IMG/VR virus record: IMGVR_UViG_3300008266_000014
Span: 32,001-96,000 of that record
Origin: a virus
DNA length: 64,000 nucleotides
Strand: one strand, 5' to 3'
Each line of letters opens with the position of its first letter. Position 1 is the stretch's first letter. Shown here piece by piece: positions 57,697-64,000 of this stretch. Below the pieces are notes generated by a model. It did no database searches. It had not been told where the DNA came from and saw only the letters and a list, made by a program, of their open reading frames with translations. A program made the translations under genes and the position numbers.

Positions 57697-58635
57697 ATGC
57701 ATGATGATTTCTTGTGGGTTGAACGATTTAGACCAAAGTCAGTATCGGAAACAGTTCTTCCAGCATCACTGAAGCAGACGTTTCAGCAGTTCGTAGATCA
57801 GAAGAACATTCCTAATCTACTACTATCTGGTCGTGCAGGGGTTGGTAAGACAACAATTGCTCGAGCAATGTTGGAAGAACTGGGAAATGATTACCTCGTC
57901 ATCAATGGATCGATGAATGGTAACATTGACACTCTTCGTAACGACATCAGACAGTTTGCATCGTCGGTATCTTTTTATGGCGGACGTAAGTACGTCATAC
58001 TTGATGAGGCTGACTATCTGAATCCAAATAGTACACAACCAGCTCTTCGTAACTTCATGGAAGAGTTTTCAAAGAATTGTGGGTTCATTCTTACTTGCAA
58101 TTACGTTAATCGTATTATCGAACCACTGCATAGTCGTTGTTCGGTAGTTGAGTTCAAGATAGACAAAGAAGAAAAGCCAAAGATGGCTGGTGCTTTCTTC
58201 AAGCGTGTTTGTCATATACTTGAACAAGAAGGTGTTGAATATGATCAGAAAGCTGTTATCGAGGTTATCAAGAAGTTCTTCCCAGATTGGAGAAGAGTAC
58301 TAAACGAACTTCAACGATATTCTGCTACTGGTAAAATTGATTCCGGTATCCTTGTTAATTTCTCTGATGATAATCTCAAGCACATTGTTGAGTTAATCAA
58401 GCAGAAAAACTTTACAGAAATTCGAAAGTGGGTTGGAGAAAATTCTGATATTGACACAACAACATTCTTTCGCAAGTTGTACGATACTGCTTCTGAATAC
58501 TTAAAGCCATCATCCATCCCTCAGTTAGTATTGATCCTTGCTCAATACCAATATAAGGCAGCTTTCGTTGCAGACCATGAAATAAATATTCTGGCTTGTC
58601 TAACAGAAATAATGGTCGAAGGAGAATTTAAATGA
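57697..58635 (+). CDS. gp44: Clamp loader large subunit gp44
   Basis: LWVERFRP, GRAGVGKTT, ILDEAD, PLHSRC, FPDWRR. Confidence 0.95.
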   Translation: MHDDFLWVERFRPKSVSETVLPASLKQTFQQFVDQKNIPNLLLSGRAGVGKTTIARAMLEELGNDYLVINGSMNGNIDTLRNDIRQFASSVSFYGGRKYVILDEADYLNPNSTQPALRNFMEEFSKNCGFILTCNYVNRIIEPLHSRCSVVEFKIDKEEKPKMAGAFFKRVCHILEQEGVEYDQKAVIEVIKKFFPDWRRVLNELQRYSATGKIDSGILVNFSDDNLKHIVELIKQKNFTEIRKWVGENSDIDTTTFFRKLYDTASEYLKPSSIPQLVLILAQYQYKAAFVADHEINILACLTEIMVEGEFK

Positions 58636-58814
58636 GTGTACTGCTGAGTGAGTTTGAGCAAGGTCAGATAAACACAAGAGTGTTTAGACTTAATGACGGT
58701 AATTATCAAGTACTCGTTTTCAATGCAACAACAGGGAAAGAAGTAGCTGAGTTCTTTAAAAATTATGAGCAAGCCTGTAATTTTGCTGAAAATAAAGTGC
58801 TTCTAAATGAATGA
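58632..58814 (+). CDS. Hypothetical protein
   Basis: 60 aa, ATGA overlap. Confidence 0.55.
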   Translation: MSVLLSEFEQGQINTRVFRLNDGNYQVLVFNATTGKEVAEFFKNYEQACNFAENKVLLNE

Positions 58815-59094
58815 TGCTGTTAGAGGAGTTTTTGACTGGATTAGGACTGACTATAATTCAAACCGTTTTCGTTTCTGTGTTGAGTTATTGGCTTGGGCTA
58901 TTTCTATTTGTTGTGCTCTTACTATGGCTCTCACTGTGCCTGACCCACCTCTTCGAATACTCTACCCGATTTGGATTCTTGGGTGTTCTATGTATGCTTG
59001 GGCTGCTTGGACTCGTAGGTCTTTCGGTATGCTCGCAAACTATATGCTGTTAGTCACTATTGATATGGTAGGTCTCATTAGAATGATTGGGTAG
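58807..59094 (+). CDS. Small multi-pass membrane protein
   Basis: Three hydrophobic segments. Confidence 0.65.
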   Translation: MNDAVRGVFDWIRTDYNSNRFRFCVELLAWAISICCALTMALTVPDPPLRILYPIWILGCSMYAWAAWTRRSFGMLANYMLLVTIDMVGLIRMIG

Positions 59095-59097
59095 GGT

Positions 59098-59673
59098 ATG
59101 AGAAAAAAATGTCTAACAACAAGCACAGGTGATGATATACTGATCTTTGATGATGTGTTTGAGGTAAGTCTGATAGGTAGATTTCAAGAATTTGCAGAAC
59201 AGTCTTTTTATACGCTGACGTGTGCAGCTCTACCTTTTCTTCACAAAAGGGATGAGACGAGTATGCGATGTATGTTCACACCCGATGATTTACAGCGGTT
59301 TGGTATATTAGACACATTTGCGTTCCAGGAGATCAGTAAATATATCGTAAACAAGAATGCTCCAATTAAAAATTGGATTGTTCTTTCAGACCAGTCATCT
59401 AACTATAGTTTTCATTCTGATGTGTTTAAACACCCAGGTGTATCAAAAAAAGAAGCAGGTCAAACTCTGCTTTATTTTATAAACACAGAGTGGGACAAAA
59501 ACTGGGGAAGTGAAATTCTGTTTTGTAATGATGTAGGAGAACTGGAGGTTGCGGTATCATGTACACCAAATAGGATTGTTCTTTTTGATAGTGTAATTCC
59601 GCATAGATCAACTTTAATCTCACCTAAAGCACCCTCTTACAATCTAATATTTGTATCCCAATTTTTACTATGA
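59098..59673 (+). CDS. 2OG-Fe(II) oxygenase
   Basis: FHSD, TLLYFIN.EWDKNWGSE, PNRIVLFDSVIPHRS. Confidence 0.8.
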   Translation: MRKKCLTTSTGDDILIFDDVFEVSLIGRFQEFAEQSFYTLTCAALPFLHKRDETSMRCMFTPDDLQRFGILDTFAFQEISKYIVNKNAPIKNWIVLSDQSSNYSFHSDVFKHPGVSKKEAGQTLLYFINTEWDKNWGSEILFCNDVGELEVAVSCTPNRIVLFDSVIPHRSTLISPKAPSYNLIFVSQFLL

Positions 59674-60041
59674 CTCCTTTTGATTTTGTCAATGCAATAA
59701 ACAAGACTAAAGAAGATCTACTAAAAGACCCTACCAACGAGAAGCTTTATCAGCCATTTATGGTCAATAAAGCATTGTCATATTTCTCTGATACTGCATT
59801 ATATGCAAATGAGATGAATCTGTATCGTGATCTTGACCATAAACTGCAATTTCATTTTTTTCTAAATAGTATAAGACCTGCCAAGCGGTTTGCAAAGTGG
59901 GTGAAGAGGCAAGAAGATAATGATCTTTCAGCAGTAATGGAATATTATGGTTATAGCACCGAAAAAGCTCAAAAAGCATTATCTGTCCTTTCTTCTGATC
60001 AAATTACAATAATAAAACAAAAATTAGAAAAAGGTGGTTAG
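59670..60041 (+). CDS. gp62: Clamp loader small subunit gp62
   Basis: PFDFVNAIN, YQPFMVNKALSYF, KRFAKW, EYYGYS.EKA, KGG end. Confidence 0.92.
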   Translation: MTPFDFVNAINKTKEDLLKDPTNEKLYQPFMVNKALSYFSDTALYANEMNLYRDLDHKLQFHFFLNSIRPAKRFAKWVKRQEDNDLSAVMEYYGYSTEKAQKALSVLSSDQITIIKQKLEKGG

Positions 60042-60043
60042 CT

Positions 60044-60442
60044 ATGAGTATTATCGATAGTCTTGTAGAGGTTGCACTTTCAGCAGAAGATGATTTTCTA
60101 AAAGTGAAAGAAACACTCACACGTATTGGGGTTGCATCAAGAAAAGACCGCAAATTGTTTCAGTCATGTCATATTCTCCATAAGCAGGGTAGGTATTATA
60201 TTGTTCATTTTAAAGAGTTGTTTGCTCTTGATGGCAAACCTTCTAACTTTTCCGATGATGATAGAGCACGAAGAAACACGATCATTAATCTACTTGCAGA
60301 GTGGGGGTTAATCAAGCTACTAAATCCTCAAAAGTCTAGTTCCCCTGTTGCACCATTCTCTCAGGTCAAAGTTATTACTCACAAAGAGAAAAACGACTGG
60401 GAGCTTGTTGCCAAATATAATATCGGCTCCAAACGTGGATAA
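60044..60442 (+). CDS. regA: Translational repressor RegA
   Basis: DDFLKVKETLTRIGVAS, QSCHILHKQGRYYIVHFKELFALDG. Confidence 0.96.
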   Translation: MSIIDSLVEVALSAEDDFLKVKETLTRIGVASRKDRKLFQSCHILHKQGRYYIVHFKELFALDGKPSNFSDDDRARRNTIINLLAEWGLIKLLNPQKSSSPVAPFSQVKVITHKEKNDWELVAKYNIGSKRG

Positions 60443-61058
60443 TCAGAAGATATGGGACTATAGGTTTCTTGAGCTGGCAGAAACCGTGGCACAGTGGTCC
60501 AAAGACCCATCAACGAAAGTTGGTAGTGTGATTGTTGATAACAATCGAAGAGTTATTGGGCTTGGTTATAACGGGTTTCCAAGAGGGATAGAAGACCACT
60601 CGGAGCGATATTCAGACCGCGATGTAAAATACCTGTTTGTTTGCCATGCAGAGCGAAATGCTCTTGATAATGCGCCGGGAAACGTGGAAGGGTCCACTCT
60701 CTATGTAACCCTGTTTCCATGCAACGAATGTTGTAAAAGTATTATCCAAAGAGGTGTTAAAAAAGTAGTAACTTTTGTTCCTTCCGCGGGGAAACGACTG
60801 TTGCACAACCATGACATTTCGTATATAATGTTAAAAGAGGCTGGTGTGGAACTGCACCAGTTAGCTCGGACATATTATGAGGAGTGGAAAAATGGAATTA
60901 GTATCAGTGGAAAAGATGAAGGAAGATCTGAGATCAAACAAGTGCAAAGTGACGTTCACCAAACAAGATGGGACGGTCCGAGATATGTTATGCACACTGA
61001 TGGAAGCCTTTATTATACCTCAGGAGAAAAAGACAGAACGTGTAAAGACACCTTCTGA
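60435..61058 (+). CDS. cd: dCMP deaminase
   Basis: WSKDPSTKVG, GYNGFPRG, HAERNA, PCNEC; probable GTG start; C-terminal tail overlaps next gene. Confidence 0.88.
   Translation: MDNQKIWDYRFLELAETVAQWSKDPSTKVGSVIVDNNRRVIGLGYNGFPRGIEDHSERYSDRDVKYLFVCHAERNALDNAPGNVEGSTLYVTLFPCNECCKSIIQRGVKKVVTFVPSAGKRLLHNHDISYIMLKEAGVELHQLARTYYEEWKNGISISGKDEGRSEIKQVQSDVHQTRWDGPRYVMHTDGSLYYTSGEKDRTCKDTF
60801..60829 (+). promoter_or_regulatory. Internal sigma70-type promoter
   Basis: TTGCAC-17 nt-TATAAT inside the deaminase gene, about 60 nt before ATG 60892. Confidence 0.55.
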
Positions 61059-61143
61059 GAATACTTTGGCAGTATGGGATCTTGAAAAAAATGCATGGAG
61101 ATCTTTCAGAACTGACTCGGTTTCAGCCTTTCAGGTATTATAA
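60892..61143 (+). CDS. Conserved T4-like SH3/WYL-like protein (DUF2693-like)
   Basis: VTFTKQDGTVRDMLCTL...VWDLEKNAWRSFR; GAGGAG SD. Confidence 0.8.
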   Translation: MELVSVEKMKEDLRSNKCKVTFTKQDGTVRDMLCTLMEAFIIPQEKKTERVKTPSENTLAVWDLEKNAWRSFRTDSVSAFQVL

Positions 61144-61146
61144 ATA
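61139..61146 (+). promoter_or_regulatory. Late promoter TATAAATA
   Basis: Exact consensus upstream of phoH. Confidence 0.7.
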
Positions 61147-61207
61147 ATGTAAAGTACAACTAGGACAACTGCATGCATCGTAAAAAAGAAGTAAAGCAGT
61201 CGTAGGG

Positions 61208-61244
61208 AAAAGGGCACATAGCTGAGAGGCGTGTGCCCTTTTTT
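61208..61244 (+). terminator. Terminator-like hairpin upstream of phoH
   Basis: AAAAGGGCACAT...GTGTGCCCTTTT followed by more T. Confidence 0.75.
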
Positions 61245-61273
61245 GTTTTATAACCATAACAAGAAGGACAGCC

Positions 61274-62017
61274 ATGAAACACAAAGCAAGAATTGCTGAA
61301 GCCTCAATCCACAATTTCCCAGACCAACCAAAAAGAAAACTCAAATTAAGAATAGATGATTTATCAGTTTTTGATCCTCTCACCAGAAACCAATCACTGT
61401 TTTTCGAAACATACAAGCAAGGAGCCAAAGCAATGATGCTGCATGGTGCAGCAGGTACAGGAAAAACCTTCATAGCCATGTATAAGGCGTTGGAAGAGGT
61501 TATGGATAAGGGTAATCCCTATCAGAAGGTGGTTCTTGTACGGTCTGTTGTTCCTTCACGTGAGATCGGTCATCTTCCAGGTGATGAAAAAGAAAAGACC
61601 GATGTATACCTTGCACCGTATAAAGCAACGTGTCAACAACTCTTTAACATAGATCAGGCATATGAAAGACTTGTTGAACAGAAAAACATTGAGTTCATGA
61701 TTACATCTTTTGTTCGTGGCATTACAATCGATAACGCAGTTATAATTGTCGATGAATGTCAAAACATGAACTTCCAGGAACTTAGTTCAATCATGACAAG
61801 GGTTGGTGAAAACACAAAGATCATTTTCTGCGGGGACTTCAAGCAGACAGATCTCTGCAAGAAAAATGATCAATCTGGCTTGCGGGACTTTGTAGAAATT
61901 ATAAAGCACATGCCATCGTTCAGATCCATTGAGTTTGGGATTGAGGATATTGTTCGCAGTGATCTAGTTCGTGAATTTATCGTGGCAAACCTACACATTC
62001 AAACAATAAAAAGTTGA
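61274..62017 (+). CDS. phoH: PhoH family ATPase
   Basis: GAAGTGKTF, GHLPG, RGITI, VDECQN, GDFKQTDL, DIVRS. Confidence 0.93.
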   Translation: MKHKARIAEASIHNFPDQPKRKLKLRIDDLSVFDPLTRNQSLFFETYKQGAKAMMLHGAAGTGKTFIAMYKALEEVMDKGNPYQKVVLVRSVVPSREIGHLPGDEKEKTDVYLAPYKATCQQLFNIDQAYERLVEQKNIEFMITSFVRGITIDNAVIIVDECQNMNFQELSSIMTRVGENTKIIFCGDFKQTDLCKKNDQSGLRDFVEIIKHMPSFRSIEFGIEDIVRSDLVREFIVANLHIQTIKS

Positions 62018-62044
62018 AATAGTTTAGTAACTTTAGTATAAATA
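62014..62044 (+). promoter_or_regulatory. Composite promoter TTGAAA-17-TATAAA(TA)
   Basis: Late box TATAAATA at 62037-44 also sits at -10 spacing from TTGAAA. Confidence 0.6.
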
Positions 62045-62045
62045 T

Positions 62046-62110
62046 GGGGTGCGTTGCCAATCGGGACGCACCTTTTTAATTTAATAAACCTTGCTTAATA
62101 GGAGGTCGTA
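62046..62110 (+). promoter_or_regulatory. ROSE-like RNA thermometer leader of hsp20
   Basis: 5' GC-rich hairpin, then ACCUUGCU-UAAU-AGGAGGU with bulged G opposite the SD. Confidence 0.6.
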
Positions 62111-62503
62111 ATGACTAATGATGAGCTGACAAAGAACATTCCTAACTATCCTCCATACAACATCAAAAAAGTTGATGAAAACAAATATACAATCGAGCTT
62201 GCAGTGGCTGGTTTTGCAAAGCAAGATGTTGAAATCACTTTCGAAGATAACAAACTAATCATCTCAGGCAAAGCTTCTGACGATTCCGATGGTGAAAACT
62301 TCATCTGGAAGGGTATTGCTAATCGTGCCTTCACTCGTACTTTTGTTCTCGATGATCAGGTTGAGATTGAAAACGCGGAGATGTTGAATGGAATGTTGAA
62401 GATCTTTCTTGAGCGCATCATTCCAGAGCACAAGAAGCCAAAGAAGATTGATATCAACGAGAAGCCTTCAAAAAGTGATAAGCAGCTACTGACGGAGGAA
62501 TAA
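62111..62503 (+). CDS. hsp20: Small heat-shock protein Hsp20 (IbpA-like)
   Basis: YPPYNI, IELAVAGF, KGIANRAFTRTF, NGML.I.LER.IPEHKKP. Confidence 0.94.
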   Translation: MTNDELTKNIPNYPPYNIKKVDENKYTIELAVAGFAKQDVEITFEDNKLIISGKASDDSDGENFIWKGIANRAFTRTFVLDDQVEIENAEMLNGMLKIFLERIIPEHKKPKKIDINEKPSKSDKQLLTEE

Positions 62504-62673
62504 TGAGTAATCCAGTTGAAGACTTTCTCAGAGTAACGAGAGAGTTTTTGTTTGGTGACAACTCTCATTTTTCCAAAACAGAACTCACTTATTTGAATCA
62601 ATCTGTTGATGCGGTAGATCTTGAATACCGTATGAAGCAGCTTGAAAGAAATCGTAATTATCTTCGTTACTAA
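62503..62673 (+). CDS. Small DUF3563-like protein (56 aa, not in ORF track)
   Basis: MSNPVEDFLRVTREFLFGDNSHFSKTELTYLNQSVDAVDLEYRMKQLERNRNYLRY; GGAGG SD. Confidence 0.6.
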   Translation: MSNPVEDFLRVTREFLFGDNSHFSKTELTYLNQSVDAVDLEYRMKQLERNRNYLRY

Positions 62674-62715
62674 AACATAGGGGACGATTGTCCCCTATCT
62701 CAAAGGAAATATATT

Positions 62716-63006
62716 ATGACCATCAAAGTTATTCGACTTGTCAATGGTGAAGAATTGATCGGCAAGTATTCAGAAGCACCTACTCATGTTACTCTAGATA
62801 AGGTCGGAGTAGTTCAAATGATCCCAACCCAAAAAGGTGTAAATATTGGATTGTTCCCTTTTGCACCATATGCTGAAGAAGACTCGTTTAAATTTAGTCA
62901 TGAACATATCGTGACAACCTTTACTCCCGCAACTGATCTACTTAACAACTACAACCAAATGTTTGGATCTGGGATACAAATTGCTGGTGCGGGTTCATTG
63001 AAGTAA
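62716..63006 (+). CDS. Conserved T4-like hypothetical protein (Sm-like)
   Basis: IKVIRLVNGEELIG...YNQMFGSGI; usual position between hsp20 and gp43. Confidence 0.7.
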   Translation: MTIKVIRLVNGEELIGKYSEAPTHVTLDKVGVVQMIPTQKGVNIGLFPFAPYAEEDSFKFSHEHIVTTFTPATDLLNNYNQMFGSGIQIAGAGSLK

Positions 63007-63021
63007 TCTCCAAGAGGTAAT

Positions 63022-64000
63022 ATGCGTTTCTACACCAATGTTCATGTGAACAGTAGTTCTGCTTTTGTACGTGGGTACGAGGATGGAAAGAGGTTTCAGT
63101 ATCGACAGGACTTCTCCCCATACCTCTTTGCTCCATCACAAATCCCAACGGGGTATAGAACCCTTGATGGTAAGTATGTAAAACCTCTGCATTTTACTGA
63201 TGTGAGAGAAGCAAGAGATTTTCTGAAGAGGTATGAGGAAGTCTCAAACTTTGCTCTCTACGGTTCTAATATGTTTACGTATCAATGCATATACGACACA
63301 TTCAAAGGCGAGATTGAATATAACGTCGATGACATTAGTGTCGTATCTCTTGATATAGAAACATCAACGAAGAATGGTTTTCCAAATATTGCCCTTGCGG
63401 ATAAAGAAGTAATCACTCTTTCTATGCGAAAGAATGGAAAGTGTGCAGTTATTGGTACGAGACCGTATACACCAAAGTCTGATGATATTGTTTATTATCA
63501 GTGTAAGAATGAGTCTGATCTTCTCACTACATTTCTTAATCTTTGGAATTCTGAAGAATGGAAACCAGATGTTGTGACTGGCTGGAACGTCGAGGTATTT
63601 GATATTCCCTATCTGTACGTTCGGATATCAAACATACTTGGTGAGAAGGAGGCAAAGAGAATGTCTCCATGGAAACTTGTTAACTCGAGGTCCATTAGTG
63701 CAGAGAATCAAGGTCCGTTTGTTTATGATCTGATTGGTATTTCAACTCTAGACTATCTTGCCTTATACAAAAAGTTCTCATACACACCTCAAGAGTCATA
63801 TAAGCTCGATCACATTGCTGAATACGAGCTTGGTGAAAATAAACTAGACTACTCTGAATATGAATCGATGCATGAGTTTTATGTTCAGAATTACGAAAAG
63901 TTTATTGACTATAACATCCACGACGTTGTTCTTGTTGATAAGCTGGAAGAGAAGTTGAAGTTTATCGAGCAGGTATTTGCTATCGCATATGATGCGAAGG
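63022..64000 (+). CDS. gp43: DNA polymerase gp43 (family B), 5' part; runs off window
   Basis: MRFYTNV start after GAGG; SLDIETS (ExoI), TGWNVEVFDIPY (ExoII), LDYLALYKKF, ESYKLDHIA, YNIHDV (ExoIII). Confidence 0.95.
   Translation, partial: MRFYTNVHVNSSSAFVRGYEDGKRFQYRQDFSPYLFAPSQIPTGYRTLDGKYVKPLHFTDVREARDFLKRYEEVSNFALYGSNMFTYQCIYDTFKGEIEYNVDDISVVSLDIETSTKNGFPNIALADKEVITLSMRKNGKCAVIGTRPYTPKSDDIVYYQCKNESDLLTTFLNLWNSEEWKPDVVTGWNVEVFDIPYLYVRISNILGEKEAKRMSPWKLVNSRSISAENQGPFVYDLIGISTLDYLALYKKFSYTPQESYKLDHIAEYELGENKLDYSEYESMHEFYVQNYEKFIDYNIHDVVLVDKLEEKLKFIEQVFAIAYDAK

Noticed and set aside
62677-62698. ATAGGGGAC/GTCCCCTAT hairpin as an intrinsic terminator
   Set aside because: The stem is good but no U tract follows, so it is left uncalled.
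182-63148. Numerous minus-strand and alternate-frame ORFs in the track
   Set aside because: They lie antisense to, or inside, recognisable + strand genes or tRNAs and carry no motifs; they are shadow ORFs.

Overview
This 64-kb window comes from a large, AT-rich T4-like myophage, with essentially all genes on the + strand. 1-19.9 kb is a tail/baseplate and tail-fibre region with two S74-chaperone fibres and Asn/Ser/Thr-rich structural proteins. 19.9-33.7 kb is the conserved T4 morphogenesis block (gp13-gp23, gp3). 33.7-39.4 kb carries uvsY, uvsW, gp55, gp47 and gp46. 39.4-57 kb is an accessory region with peptide deformylase, nine tRNAs, several Fe/2OG oxygenases, envelope-targeted proteins and a split 7-deazaguanine pathway (queE, PRTase, queD, folE, dpdL-like, dpdA-like; no queC in the window). 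57-64 kb carries gp45, gp44, gp62, regA, dCMP deaminase, phoH, hsp20 and the 5' part of gp43. The most notable observations are: (i) a preQ1-I-like structured leader with an SD-sequestering switch in front of queD; (ii) a probable 7-deazaguanine (dDG) DNA-modification pathway with a PRTase, a gp1.7-like protein and a dUTPase-fold enzyme that could make it pre-replicative; (iii) two unannotated ~170-200 nt structured RNAs flanking tRNA-Asn; (iv) a 14-bp-closed RNA element between gp47 and gp46; (v) non-canonical start codons (ATA for gp14); (vi) a ROSE-like thermometer before hsp20; (vii) dense N-X-S/T sequons in virion proteins. All calls come from motif recognition by eye; no database searches were run.
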